Shown: piece after piece, positions 1 through 9,554 of the stretch | Numbering within the stretch: the first letter of the stretch is position 1 | Layout of the letters: each line of letters starts with the position of its first letter | Origin: an uncultured Bacteroidales bacterium | GTDB lineage: Bacteria; Bacteroidota; Bacteroidia; Bacteroidales; WCHB1-69 | DNA length: 64,000 nucleotides | Reading direction: 5' to 3' | Assembly: GCA_947169105.1 (NCBI GenBank) | Contig: CAMVOL010000004.1 | Location: 40,656 to 104,655 of the forward strand | Notes under the pieces: model-generated | Seen by the model: the letters and a program-made list of their open reading frames with translations, nothing else | Told to the model about the DNA's origin: nothing | Database searches by the model: none | Translations under genes and position numbers: made by a program

Positions 1-159
1 CTTTGCGACATTTTCGGCAGGAAATTGGCGGAAAAGTCTGCAATTCGAGCAGATGAAACCATTTCGTTTGATATATCTGGCTTTGCTAAAGGTATTTATC
101 TTCTTCGGATTGTGACGAAGGACGGAAAAACGGTCACAAGGAAAATCGTTCGTCAGTAG
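1..159 (+). CDS. 3' end of a secreted protein with a T9SS (Por) C-terminal sorting domain; the 5' part lies left of the window
   Basis: Frame 1 is open from base 1 to TAG 157-159 and reads ...ETISFDISGFAKGIYLLRIVTKDGKTVTRKIVRQ*. The terminal pattern matches the CTDs of the CDSs ending at 12180 and 14115. It is not in the ORF track because it has no start in the window. Confidence 0.7.
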   Translation, partial: LCDIFGRKLAEKSAIRADETISFDISGFAKGIYLLRIVTKDGKTVTRKIVRQ

Positions 160-216
160 TATTTTTTATCCGTAAAATATTTGAAAAATCACCCGCAAGC
201 GTATGGAATTTATTTG

Positions 217-224
217 TACTTTTG
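217..224 (+). promoter_or_regulatory. Bacteroidetes -7 promoter box (TAnnTTTG) for rocD
   Basis: TACTTTTG lies about 54 nt upstream of ATG 278. Confidence 0.6.
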
Positions 225-277
225 CGCGTTTTTTGAAACAAGAATCCAATTATCATATTCATAAATAATTAAAAATT

Positions 278-1507
278 ATGGCAGCAGAAAAAATTACATC
301 CAGCAAGCAGGCCATGGAGATGGAAGCCCGTTACGGTGCTCACAACTATCATCCACTTGGCGTTGTCATTTCCAGAGCAAAAGGTCCTTTCATGTGGGAC
401 GTGGAAGGCAAAAGGTATTTCGACTTCCTTTCTGCCTATTCCGCAGTGAATCAGGGACATTGCCACCCCAAAATCGTGGAGGCAATGATTGACCAGTGCC
501 AGAAGGTGACCCTCACCTCCCGCGCATTCTACAACGACTGCCTCGGACCGTACGAGAAGTATGTCACCGAGACTTTTGGTTACGACAAGGTTCTCCCGAT
601 GAACTCCGGCGCTGAAGCTGACGAGACCGCCCTGAAGCTCTGCCGCAAATGGGCTTATATGAAGAAAGGTCTTCCGGAAAACCAAGCTAAAATCATCGTT
701 TGCGACGGAAACTTCCACGGACGTACGATCTCCATCGTTTCCATGTCCACCGATCCCGAGGCTTACGGCGGCTACGGCCCCTTCACCCCGGGCTTCGTGA
801 AGATCCCTTATAACGACATTCCCGCTTTGGAGAAAGCCCTTGAGGATCCCAATGTGGCCGGTTTCATTCTCGAACCCATCCAGGGCGAGGCTGGCGTCTA
901 TGTCCCCGATGACGGCTATCTGAAGAAATCTTACGACCTCTGCAAGGCCAAGAACGTTTTGTTCATCGCCGACGAGGTGCAGACCGGTATCGCCCGTACG
1001 GGCCGTATGCTGGCTTGCGACCATGAAGGTGTCCGCCCCGACATCCTCGTGCTCGGTAAGGCCCTCTCTGGTGGCACGATGCCCGTCTCCGCAGTCCTGG
1101 CCGACGACGACATCATGCTGAATATCAAGCCCGGTGAACACGGTTCTACCTTCGGCGGCAACCCGATCGCCTGCCGCGTGGCCATCGCCGCTCTCGAAGT
1201 GGTGAAGGAAGAGAAACTGGCCGAACGTGCCGAATACCTTGGCAAGATCTTCCGCGACGAGATGAACAGCGTGAAAAGCGACATGATCCAGCAGGTGCGT
1301 GGTAAAGGTCTGCTCAACGCCATCATCATCCGCCCGAAGAATGGCAAGGAGGCCTGGGACGTCTGCGAAAAGATGAAGGAACTCGGCGTGCTCGCCAAAC
1401 CGACCCACCAGCACATCATCCGTTTCGCTCCCCCGTTGGTCATCACCGAAGAGGAACTCCGCGAGGCCATCGAACTCATCAAGAAAGCCATCCTTTCTTT
1501 TGAATAA
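278..1507 (+). CDS. rocD: ornithine--oxo-acid aminotransferase (class III PLP aminotransferase)
   Basis: 409-aa ORF with ATG start. Motifs: [68 protein letters not shown]. Confidence 0.9.
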   Translation: MAAEKITSSKQAMEMEARYGAHNYHPLGVVISRAKGPFMWDVEGKRYFDFLSAYSAVNQGHCHPKIVEAMIDQCQKVTLTSRAFYNDCLGPYEKYVTETFGYDKVLPMNSGAEADETALKLCRKWAYMKKGLPENQAKIIVCDGNFHGRTISIVSMSTDPEAYGGYGPFTPGFVKIPYNDIPALEKALEDPNVAGFILEPIQGEAGVYVPDDGYLKKSYDLCKAKNVLFIADEVQTGIARTGRMLACDHEGVRPDILVLGKALSGGTMPVSAVLADDDIMLNIKPGEHGSTFGGNPIACRVAIAALEVVKEEKLAERAEYLGKIFRDEMNSVKSDMIQQVRGKGLLNAIIIRPKNGKEAWDVCEKMKELGVLAKPTHQHIIRFAPPLVITEEELREAIELIKKAILSFE

Positions 1508-1516
1508 TCGTAAAAG

Positions 1517-1539
1517 GGCCGTACTCTTACGGCCTTTTT
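1517..1539 (+). terminator. rho-independent terminator after rocD
   Basis: Stem ggccgta / tacggcc, loop ctct, followed by ttttt. Confidence 0.75.
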
Positions 1540-1603
1540 CATTTTTATATTTTAATATTTTTCAAATCTTTCAAATTTTTCAAATCTTCAAATCTTATAA
1601 ATT

Positions 1604-2122
1604 ATGATTAACGAAAGAATGCAAAAAGAGATCAATGACCAGATCAATGCCGAATTCTGGTCCGCATACCTTTACCTGAGCATGTCCGCTTGGTTCACCC
1701 AGAACAACCTGCCCGGTTTCGCCAACTGGATGTATGTGCAGTATCAGGAGGAAATCTCCCACGGTATGAAGATGTTCCGCTACATTCACGAGCGTGGCGG
1801 CGAGGTGAAGCTCAAACCCATCGCCAAGGTCGATACCAACTGGAAGTCCTGCGCTGCCGTCTTCAACGACACGCTGAACCACGAGCGCAAGGTGACCTCC
1901 CTCATCAACGGCCTGATGGACACCGCCCACGAAATCAAGGATTACGCCACCATCAACTTCCTGAACTGGTACATTGACGAACAGGTGGAGGAAGAGGCCA
2001 ACGCTGAGGAACTCCTCAACACCGTGAAGATGATTGAGAAGGACCACGCCGCGATGTACACCCTCGACAAAGAGCTGGCCACCCGCGTTTTCGTGGATGC
2101 CACGCTGAAGGCAGAGGAATAA
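1604..2122 (+). CDS. ftnA: non-heme ferritin
   Basis: 172 aa. Ferritin-like di-iron helices: INAEFWSAYLYLSMSAWF, QYQEEISHGMKMFRYIHERGG. Confidence 0.9.
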   Translation: MINERMQKEINDQINAEFWSAYLYLSMSAWFTQNNLPGFANWMYVQYQEEISHGMKMFRYIHERGGEVKLKPIAKVDTNWKSCAAVFNDTLNHERKVTSLINGLMDTAHEIKDYATINFLNWYIDEQVEEEANAEELLNTVKMIEKDHAAMYTLDKELATRVFVDATLKAEE

Positions 2123-2145
2123 TCAGTTACGTACAAACATAGTTA

Positions 2146-2175
2146 AGGCCTCCTGTTTTCTGGAGGCCTTTTTTT
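2146..2175 (+). terminator. rho-independent terminator after ferritin
   Basis: Stem aggcctcc / ggaggcct followed by a T6 run. Confidence 0.8.
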
Positions 2176-2205
2176 GTCCATTCTCGATTCAGGCAACCAT
2201 CCCCT

Positions 2206-3012
2206 TCATTCCCCCTTCTGCCGTGGCTCCTGTTTCTCTGTCAGGTATTTCCAGTATCGGCGGGGCATATCGTTGAGCTGCTTGCGGGGGTTCATGCGCT
2301 CGCGGATGCAGATGGCCTTGAAGTAGGTGCGCCACAGCTCCTGCATCAGGAGGTCGTCGTTGCTGAGCACGTCGTCGTCCAGACGGCCGTCGCTGAGGCT
2401 GAACGTGATGGCGGACTCATCGGCAAAGGTGATGCGAGCGGGGATGCCGCTGCCCTCGTAATAGTACCCGTAATGCCGCTTGGCATCGTAGATGAGCCAC
2501 GGCTGGTCGTTGAAGCGGTCACGGAAATGGTCGGTGATGAGCGGCAGCACGTTGTGGTCGGGCGCGACGACGGCCAGGTAGGTGCCGTCTTTGGCCTTCT
2601 GGAAACGGATGAACTGCTTCATCCGCAACTGCTCGTGCAGCACCTTGCGGGCAATGTTGGTGACAGCGAGCACGTCGGGGTCGGAAAAGTTGCGCTCAAT
2701 GCTGGGCGCGCCCTCCGGCTGCCGAAAAATCTTGCAGATGTAGTGGAACAGCGCGTTGTTGAGCTCTGGCAATTCCGACAACCAGCTGACATACAGCATT
2801 CTGACAACCTCTTTTGGAAGACGTTTCTCCAAACCTTTCCATACCCGTCCGGCTTTCTCCTCATCCGTAACCACCTGATAGTTACAGTCGCAGAACAACG
2901 GTATCTGGTCGCCCGCAGACAGCAGCTGTTCCGGCTGCTCGTGCTGGGCGAAGGCCTCGAAAACTGCCGTGAGGAGGCCATCCAAGGTGTTGTCGAAGGT
3001 ATATACAATCAT
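2206..3012 (-). CDS. TIGR03915-like putative DNA metabolism/repair protein, partner of the adjacent radical SAM enzyme
   Basis: 268 aa with ATG start. It overlaps the upstream radical SAM gene by 4 nt. The N-terminus MIVYTFDNTLDGLLTAVFEAF is typical of this partner family (by-eye). Confidence 0.7.
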   Translation of the reverse strand: MIVYTFDNTLDGLLTAVFEAFAQHEQPEQLLSAGDQIPLFCDCNYQVVTDEEKAGRVWKGLEKRLPKEVVRMLYVSWLSELPELNNALFHYICKIFRQPEGAPSIERNFSDPDVLAVTNIARKVLHEQLRMKQFIRFQKAKDGTYLAVVAPDHNVLPLITDHFRDRFNDQPWLIYDAKRHYGYYYEGSGIPARITFADESAITFSLSDGRLDDDVLSNDDLLMQELWRTYFKAICIRERMNPRKQLNDMPRRYWKYLTEKQEPRQKGE

Positions 3013-4301
3013 GGTTCGAAGTCGAATGAAAGCTGGCTTTCCGCCTCGGCGAGCTTTTTCTGTTCATTGGTGATCAGCAGAGGCCGCAGCCGTTCGGGCC
3101 GTAGCTCGTTGATGCCGATGACGGAGGTTCGGTCGAAGGCGGAAGCGAGTTCGTGGCACGTGATGAAGTATTTGGCCTTCTTCATCACTACGCCCATTTT
3201 TTTGAGGTCGAAGGAGGTGAGCCGGTTGAAACGGCGGGAGTTGGCGATGAGCCACGCCGACTTGTTGCCGATGCCCGGCACCCGCAGCAGCATCTCATAA
3301 TCCGCCGTGTTGATGTCAACGGGGAAGGCCTCGGGATGGCGCAGCGCCCACGACAATTTCGGGTCGATGTCGAGGTCAAGGTTGGGATGCAGGTCATCCA
3401 CGATTTCCTCCACCTTGAAATGGTAGAACCGCAACAGCCAGTCGGCTTGGTAGAGCCGGTTTTCGCGGACAAGCGGCGGCTGCTTGAGTACGGGAAGGCG
3501 CGAATCAAAAGTATTAACACTCACGTAACCAGAATAATAGACACGCCGCATTGAAGGCTGGTGGTATAGCATCGACGACATCGTGAGAATGTCTCGGTCG
3601 GAATCTTTGGTAGCGCCCACAATCATCTGTGTGGATTGTCCGGCGGGCACGAAACGGGGCGTATGGCGGTAACGCTGGCGGTCCTCCTTGTTTTCGATCA
3701 CGCCCTGCTGGATGAGCTTCATCGGCTGGAAGACGCTCTTGTGGTCCTTTTCCGGAGCCAACAGTTTCAGCGACTCCTCGCGGGGAATCTCGATGTTCAC
3801 GCTCATTCGGTCGGCGTAGCGGCCCGCCTCGGCCAGCAGTTCCTGCGAGGCGCCCGGAATGGCCTTCAGGTGGATGTACCCGTTGAAGCGGTGCACCAGC
3901 CGGAGGTCGCGGACAATGGCGGTGAGCCGCTCCATCGTGTAGTCGGGGTTGCGCACCACGCCGCTCGACAGGAACAGCCCCTCAATGTAGTTGCGGCGGT
4001 AGAACTCCATCGTAATCTCCTCCAGTTCCGAAACGGAGAGGGTGGCCCGCTTGATGTCGTTGGAACGGCGGTTCACGCAGTAGGCACAGTCGTACATGCA
4101 GTAGTTGGTCAGCATGATTTTCAGGAGCGAGATGCAGCGGCCGTCGTCGGCAAAGGAGTGGCAGATGCCGATGCCGCCCACGGTGTTGCCTACCATACCC
4201 TGCTTTCCCTTGCGCACGGTGCCGCTTGACGAGCACGACACATCGTACTTTGCCGACTCCGTCAGGATGCGCAGCTTCTCCAGTGTTTGATCTGACAACA
4301 T
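3009..4301 (-). CDS. putative DNA modification/repair radical SAM protein (TIGR03916-like)
   Basis: 430 aa. CxxxCxxC cluster in LTNYCMYDCAYCVNRR. C-terminal helix-hairpin-helix-like LLRVPGIGNKSAWLI. Confidence 0.8.
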   Translation of the reverse strand: MLSDQTLEKLRILTESAKYDVSCSSSGTVRKGKQGMVGNTVGGIGICHSFADDGRCISLLKIMLTNYCMYDCAYCVNRRSNDIKRATLSVSELEEITMEFYRRNYIEGLFLSSGVVRNPDYTMERLTAIVRDLRLVHRFNGYIHLKAIPGASQELLAEAGRYADRMSVNIEIPREESLKLLAPEKDHKSVFQPMKLIQQGVIENKEDRQRYRHTPRFVPAGQSTQMIVGATKDSDRDILTMSSMLYHQPSMRRVYYSGYVSVNTFDSRLPVLKQPPLVRENRLYQADWLLRFYHFKVEEIVDDLHPNLDLDIDPKLSWALRHPEAFPVDINTADYEMLLRVPGIGNKSAWLIANSRRFNRLTSFDLKKMGVVMKKAKYFITCHELASAFDRTSVIGINELRPERLRPLLITNEQKKLAEAESQLSFDFEP

Positions 4302-4366
4302 ACGCTATGCCATTTGCTTATTTATGAGAGACTTTCGATTTCCACTTTCCGTGAAAAAAGCAAGGG

Positions 4367-4374
4367 CAAAGGTA
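4367..4374 (-). promoter_or_regulatory. -7 box (TAccTTTG on - strand) for the radical SAM operon
   Basis: The + strand caaaggta reads TACCTTTG on the - strand, about 66 nt upstream of start 4301. Confidence 0.5.
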
Positions 4375-4396
4375 CAACTTTTGTCCTTTTTTTTGC

Positions 4397-4404
4397 TACT
4401 TTTG
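4397..4404 (+). promoter_or_regulatory. -7 box (TActTTTG) for the YbjQ-family gene
   Basis: TACTTTTG lies about 39 nt upstream of ATG 4443, divergent from the box at 4367. Confidence 0.55.
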
Positions 4405-4442
4405 CGGCTCAAATTCTGAATAAAAAATCTAATTTTAATGAT

Positions 4443-4754
4443 ATGAACATTTATACTGTAGAGAATTTGCAAGGAGTGAATTATGAGGTGCTGGGCGTGG
4501 TTACAGGCAGCACCATCCAATCGAAAAATGTTTTCAGTGATATCGGACAGTCATTGAAGAATATTGTAGGCGGCGAACTCAAAGCCTACACGCAGATGAT
4601 GGAAAAGGCCCGGAAAATGTCCACCGACCGCATGATTGCGCAGGCGGAGGCAATGCAGGCTGATGCCGTTATCGGGGTTCGCTATGCTACTTCCGCCATT
4701 ATGGCGCAAGCCGCGGAGGTGCTGGTTTATGGCACCGCCATCCGGTACAAATAG
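4443..4754 (+). CDS. YbjQ/UPF0145 family protein
   Basis: The track ORF 4314-4754 begins with TTG. The first ATG at 4443 gives 103 aa, MNIYTVENLQGVNYEVLGVVTGS...DAVIGVRYATSAI, the typical YbjQ length and pattern. Confidence 0.85.
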   Translation: MNIYTVENLQGVNYEVLGVVTGSTIQSKNVFSDIGQSLKNIVGGELKAYTQMMEKARKMSTDRMIAQAEAMQADAVIGVRYATSAIMAQAAEVLVYGTAIRYK

Positions 4755-4757
4755 CCG

Positions 4758-5744
4758 CTATTGCTGTTTCGGGAAATTCCCGCTCTGTTTGTAGTGGTAT
4801 CCGCCATCCTCGTAATAGACGAAATGGGCGGCTAATTCGGGATGGCTTTCAAGAAACTTCATTGTTTCGTCCAACCCCATCACCATAAAGGCCGTCGCGT
4901 ACGCATCGGCTACGGCACACTGGTCGGCAATCACCGTCACGCTCAGCAGGTTGGAGGAACGGCTGTCGCCACTGCGCGGGTCGGTGATATGGCAGTACCG
5001 TTGGCCGTCTATCTCCTTGTAGTTGCGGTAGTTGCCGCTGGTGGCGACCGCCCGCCCCGTCATCTCGAAGATATAGTCGGCCTCCTCGAGCCCGTCCCGC
5101 GTTTCCGTCGGGATCTGGATGCCCACGCGCCACGCCTTCCGGCCCGGCTTCGTTCCTTCGCACCGTACCTCACCCCCGATGTTCACCAAACAGTTGGCAT
5201 AGCCGCTTCCGACCAAGAAATCCGCCACATCGTCCACCGCCTTTCCTTTTGCTATAGCGTTGAAATCCAATTTGATACGTTTGTCATCCTTGGTGACACT
5301 TCCATCGTCAGCCACGAGGATTTTGGCGTAGCCGACAAACTGCCGCACGGAGTCGATAGCCTCCTGCGAAACAGTGTTCTCCTTTTCATTGCCGAAGCCC
5401 CACAGGTTCACCAACGGTCCCACGGTGATGTCGAAGGCACCGTCCGTGTTCTTGCTGATGTCTAACGCGTCCCGCACCATCGCTGCAAAAGCAGGGGAGG
5501 GGACGACCGGCTCGTTCCGATTGAGCTTCGATACGAGCGACGTACAATCGAAAATGGAATACAATTTATTGATATTCTGTAAGATGGAATCCACCTGTTT
5601 CGGTAAGTCGGGATTCTCTTCTCCGATGTAAGTGACAGCAAAGTAGGTGCCGAACACAGCCCCTCCGAATTGGTGTACCTCATTTTTTTTACAAGAAAAG
5701 AAAAGGAGGCAGCACGCCACCAGAAGCCAGTAAATTCGTTTCAT
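4758..5744 (-). CDS. apbE: FAD:protein FMN transferase (ApbE family lipoprotein)
   Basis: 328 aa. Lipoprotein signal LLVACCLLFFSCKK. ApbE-like GAFDITVGPLVNLWGF and IAKGKAVD. Confidence 0.85.
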   Translation of the reverse strand: MKRIYWLLVACCLLFFSCKKNEVHQFGGAVFGTYFAVTYIGEENPDLPKQVDSILQNINKLYSIFDCTSLVSKLNRNEPVVPSPAFAAMVRDALDISKNTDGAFDITVGPLVNLWGFGNEKENTVSQEAIDSVRQFVGYAKILVADDGSVTKDDKRIKLDFNAIAKGKAVDDVADFLVGSGYANCLVNIGGEVRCEGTKPGRKAWRVGIQIPTETRDGLEEADYIFEMTGRAVATSGNYRNYKEIDGQRYCHITDPRSGDSRSSNLLSVTVIADQCAVADAYATAFMVMGLDETMKFLESHPELAAHFVYYEDGGYHYKQSGNFPKQQ

Positions 5745-5750
5745 AATGGG

Positions 5751-6962
5751 CTATTTCAGGTGCAGGTTATGCCCCATTTTCTCCTGTTTGGTCTTGAGAT
5801 AGAAGCGGTTGATGGCGTTCGGCTCGATGATGATGGGGACGGTTTCCACGATTTCGATGCCGTGTCCGAGGAGGCCTGCTCGTTTGGCGGGATTGTTGGT
5901 GATAAGCCGCAGACGGGTGGCTTTCTGGTCGCGGAGGATCTGCGCCCCGATGCCGTAGTCGCGTTCGTCGGCACGGAAGCCGAGTTCGAGATTCGCCTCC
6001 ACGGTGTCGCGTCCGAGTTCCTGTAAGTGATAGGCTCTCAGTTTGTTGACCAAACCGATGCCACGTCCTTCCTGATTCATGTACAGCACCATTCCCTTAC
6101 CTTCCTTATCGACCATCTCCATCGACTTGTGGAGCTGTGCCCCGCAGTCGCACTTGCAGGATCCGAAGATGTCGCCGGTGACGCAGGAGGAGTGGACGCG
6201 CACCAGCACATCGTCGCCTTCGTTCCATTCGCCCTTTTTCAGTACCAGATGGGTGAGCCCGTTGTTGAGCTGTGTATAGGCAATCAGTTTGAAATTACCC
6301 CATTCGGTGGGCAGGTTGACTTCTTGTTCCTTTCGGATAAGTGTCTCTGTCTTAATTCTGTAGGCGATAAGGTCTTGGATGGTGATGATTTTGATGCCGT
6401 ATTTTTTCGCCACCTCCACCAGTTGTGGCAGCCGTGCCATGGTGCCGTCGGGGTTGATGACCTCAATGAGGGCGCCTACGGGCTGGAGACCGGCTAGGCG
6501 GGTGAGGTCAACGGCGGCTTCGGTGTGACCGGCACGGATGAGCACGCCGCCGTCGCGGGCGCGGAGCGGGTTGATATGGCCGGGGCGTCCGAACATTTCC
6601 GGACGGGAATCGGGGTCGGCTAACGCCTTGATGGTGCTGGCGCGGTCGAACATCGAAACCCCCGTCGTGCAGCCATGCCCAAGCAGGTCAACGGTGATGG
6701 TGAAGGGCGTGCCCAACAGCGAGGTGTTGTTGCGCACCTGCATTTCCAAGTCGAGCTGGCGGCAACGGTCGGCGCTCATAGGGGCGCACAGCACGCCGCG
6801 GCCGTACTGCATCATAAAGTTGACCTTCTCCGGTGTTATCTTTTCGGCGGCGATGATAAAATCGCCCTCGTTTTCACGGTCCTCATCATCCACCACAATG
6901 AGGAATTTGCCTTCCCGGAAATCCTCAATGGCCTCTTCTATCGTGTTCAGTTTGAAATCCAT
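5751..6962 (-). CDS. ribBA: bifunctional 3,4-dihydroxy-2-butanone-4-phosphate synthase / GTP cyclohydrolase II
   Basis: 403 aa. [12 protein letters not shown] (RibB) and [30 protein letters not shown] (RibA). Confidence 0.95.
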   Translation of the reverse strand: MDFKLNTIEEAIEDFREGKFLIVVDDEDRENEGDFIIAAEKITPEKVNFMMQYGRGVLCAPMSADRCRQLDLEMQVRNNTSLLGTPFTITVDLLGHGCTTGVSMFDRASTIKALADPDSRPEMFGRPGHINPLRARDGGVLIRAGHTEAAVDLTRLAGLQPVGALIEVINPDGTMARLPQLVEVAKKYGIKIITIQDLIAYRIKTETLIRKEQEVNLPTEWGNFKLIAYTQLNNGLTHLVLKKGEWNEGDDVLVRVHSSCVTGDIFGSCKCDCGAQLHKSMEMVDKEGKGMVLYMNQEGRGIGLVNKLRAYHLQELGRDTVEANLELGFRADERDYGIGAQILRDQKATRLRLITNNPAKRAGLLGHGIEIVETVPIIIEPNAINRFYLKTKQEKMGHNLHLK

Positions 6963-6965
6963 TGA

Positions 6966-8267
6966 TTAATTGTTCGTTACAAGTTTGGTGAAGTGGAATC
7001 CCTTGATACCCCACTGGATATCGCTGTTTCCTGTGCAATGATATAAAACTCTGATACGGAAGTCGCTGCTGATGTTTTCCAAACCGCCGAGTGAAATGGG
7101 AGTAATGGTGGTCAGGTAGCCGTTCGGAGCCATCGTGAAGTCGTGCCATTCGCAGTCTTCAGGAGCGCTGGTGAGGTCTGTGGTATATTGCACACGACAG
7201 ATTTCGTAGGGGTCATAGTCACCTGAAATTACATTGATCATGTGTTCGATGGTCATTTCACTGCCGGCTACGGTGGCGTAGGGGATGGGGTGGTTGAAAA
7301 CGGCCCAGTCGTTGGTGACGAAGTCGTCGCTTTGTCCGCTGACATCCCGATGCAATAGCATCTGCTGCTGTGAGTAGTGGCTCCATCCGTTATTGACGGT
7401 CCAGTCGCCGATGCCATTGCTGAAGGTGATGGGATAGACATCGGTGATTTCGCCGAAAGCCAGCACATCCTTGTTGTCGCGGAGCATAAACTGGTAGGTG
7501 CTGTTATAGATAGTGAGGATGCCGACGAGGTCGCCTTTGCCAGCGGGCACCGGCAGCTTGCGGAATTTGGCGTAGTTGGAGGTGCGCACCACGAAGTCAG
7601 AGACCTCGCTTCCGTTGATCTTGCTGATGTAGTGCGAAGTGGTCATCGCATCCTCCGACCACGGTTTCCCGATGGCATCGCTGGCAAACTCGCAGTTATG
7701 GATTCGCACCAAGCGGCACACGTTGCCCGCATTGATGCCGGCGGGCGAGGTGATATCGACGGGTGTCACATCCTTAGGCATCCCGTCCTTGAACAGGTAG
7801 CGGTCGAGGAAATTTCCGTCAATGCGGCCGACGGAACCTTCGTAAATCCAGCCGATCTGGTAGATCCCGTGGTAGTTGCCCACCACCAGTCCATTACATT
7901 TGATATAGACGGTCTGTCCGACGGGGTATCGGGCATAAAGTCCCGACGCGTTGATTTGGATTTCGAGAGCTGCCGTCTCGTCCTGCACAACCATCGTCTT
8001 GTAGAAATTGCCACCCTCGTCGGAGCTGACCACGACAGCTTTCACAACGAAGGTGTCGGTGGCGTGGCAGATGGAGTCCAGCTTTCCGTTGCGGGCATAC
8101 ACGTCAATAATGTCCTGAAGGGTCTTGTTCGCCGCCGGTCCCGTATAGGTGGGGACGTTGAAGACGGGTTCGTCCCATTTCTTGTCGCAGGATACGACGA
8201 GGGCACTCAAAACCAGCAGGGCGATGATTAATCCGCTGAAATGTTTCATATATTGTATCTTGTTCAT
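6966..8267 (-). CDS. surface lipoprotein with an OB-fold-like N-terminal part and a choice-of-anchor-J-like C-terminal part (DUF5689-like); paralog of 8286-9515
   Basis: The track start 8276 is TTG. ATG candidates are 8267 and 8249 (MKHFSGLIIALLVLSALVVSCDK lipobox). VVSSDEGGNFYKTMVVQDETAALEIQI aligns with the paralog. Confidence 0.8.
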   Translation of the reverse strand: MNKIQYMKHFSGLIIALLVLSALVVSCDKKWDEPVFNVPTYTGPAANKTLQDIIDVYARNGKLDSICHATDTFVVKAVVVSSDEGGNFYKTMVVQDETAALEIQINASGLYARYPVGQTVYIKCNGLVVGNYHGIYQIGWIYEGSVGRIDGNFLDRYLFKDGMPKDVTPVDITSPAGINAGNVCRLVRIHNCEFASDAIGKPWSEDAMTTSHYISKINGSEVSDFVVRTSNYAKFRKLPVPAGKGDLVGILTIYNSTYQFMLRDNKDVLAFGEITDVYPITFSNGIGDWTVNNGWSHYSQQQMLLHRDVSGQSDDFVTNDWAVFNHPIPYATVAGSEMTIEHMINVISGDYDPYEICRVQYTTDLTSAPEDCEWHDFTMAPNGYLTTITPISLGGLENISSDFRIRVLYHCTGNSDIQWGIKGFHFTKLVTNN

Positions 8268-8285
8268 TTTCAACAAAATTTAAGA

Positions 8286-9515
8286 TTAATTGTTGGCAAC
8301 TCCAGTGATTTTTAATTCAGGAATCTTCCAAAAGTCACCGCTGTGTCCGTTGAATTGGAAAGCGATGCGGAGGTTGGCGTTATTGGTGACTTCAGCGGGC
8401 AGGATGCCGTTGGCGGGAACTTCCGTCCACGTGGCGCTATGGACATCAGTGCCATTGAAATCGACGGAGTAATATTTGTGTGCTTGACCGTTATTCACTT
8501 GACATAATTCGTTAGGCATAGAGAGCGTCACGTTGTCGTAGCCGCCGAGATTGCTAAGAACGGGCGAAACAAGCCAGCTTTCGATGGCGGTCGTCCCCGT
8601 ATTCTGCACGGCAAAGGCGGCACCTTGGGCATAGTAGAACCAGCCTTCGTCACCTAAGACCGACCATCCCTGATTGGCGATGGGGTCGTTGCTGAAGTCC
8701 ACACTATAGAGGTCAATGGTCTCGACAGCGGGCGTGTTGGCGATACGCACGTCATTGAGGTCGCGGATAGTCAACTGAAGGGTGGTGTTATAGACGGTAA
8801 GGATGCCGACGATGTCGCCCGTGCCGTTAGGCAGAGGCTGCGCAGCGAACTTGGCGTAGTTGCTGGTGCGCAGCACGATGACGCTGTTGTCGGACATCAC
8901 GATGTCGCGGGAGGTGCTGGCATCAGGGTCGCTGTAAGGTTCACCCGGATCGGCGAAGTGGCAGTCCTTCAGGATGACCAGACGGTTAATCATATCTTCG
9001 GTGGCTTCGTTTTTGGAGTTGAGGACGATGGGTGTGGGCTCGTTGCCAACCAAGCCGTCGCGGAAGATATATAATGGTTCTTGCGAGGTGGCGATACCAG
9101 CCATCGAGCCGTTGCTCCAAAATCCCAACTGACGGTTTTTGTGATAGTCGCCAATGACCAAATCCTTGCATTCCACATAGATACGTTGCCCAATCTGGTA
9201 TTTCGGATAAAGGGCGGAGTTGTCGATTTTGATCTGGATGCCGCCAGTTTCATCCTGAATGGTCAGGTACTTGTAGCAGTTGCCCTCTTGGTCGGAACTG
9301 ACGATGATGCCGGAGATGACCGTGCCGGCGGGGATGGAATCGTAGGAGTCCACACTGCCGACCGTGTGAAGTGCATTCAATTCCGCAATGGTCATGTTGG
9401 CTTGACCATCGTAAGTCATGACGGGCGCCACGTCCAGCTCCTTGTCGCACGATGCACCGCCAATTAGGAGAAACGCGGCGATGATAGCCAGTTTGATATT
9501 ATGTATTGTATTCAT
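8286..9515 (-). CDS. surface lipoprotein, paralog of 6966-8267 (DUF5689-like plus choice-of-anchor-J-like)
   Basis: The track start 9521 is TTG; the first ATG is at 9515. Lipobox LLIGGASCDK. IVSSDQEGNCYKYLTIQDETGGIQIKI. C-terminal ESWLVSPVL motif. Confidence 0.8.
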   Translation of the reverse strand: MNTIHNIKLAIIAAFLLIGGASCDKELDVAPVMTYDGQANMTIAELNALHTVGSVDSYDSIPAGTVISGIIVSSDQEGNCYKYLTIQDETGGIQIKIDNSALYPKYQIGQRIYVECKDLVIGDYHKNRQLGFWSNGSMAGIATSQEPLYIFRDGLVGNEPTPIVLNSKNEATEDMINRLVILKDCHFADPGEPYSDPDASTSRDIVMSDNSVIVLRTSNYAKFAAQPLPNGTGDIVGILTVYNTTLQLTIRDLNDVRIANTPAVETIDLYSVDFSNDPIANQGWSVLGDEGWFYYAQGAAFAVQNTGTTAIESWLVSPVLSNLGGYDNVTLSMPNELCQVNNGQAHKYYSVDFNGTDVHSATWTEVPANGILPAEVTNNANLRIAFQFNGHSGDFWKIPELKITGVANN

Positions 9516-9554
9516 AATCAAATCTTTTTAAATTTGGATGAAAGGGATTTTAGA

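Noticed and set aside
269-1414. Long antisense ORFs opposite well-supported genes: 269-1414, 12810-14054, 28634-29722, 36894-37814, 39032-40123, 48601-49680, 59901-61172, 22377-23057 and 33322-34038
   Set aside because: Each is embedded in the opposite strand of a gene with strong family motifs (rocD, esterase, carboxyltransferase, moxR, PAD-family, pheS, serC, C10 protein, porin). Their compositions are shadow-frame-like. The many ORFs of 60-150 aa nested in these genes were rejected for the same reason.
6963-6965. FMN riboswitch expected upstream of ribBA
   Set aside because: ribBA starts 3 nt after the preceding gene's stop, so there is no leader. No RFN-like conserved sequence was seen upstream of the cluster (12069-12179) either.
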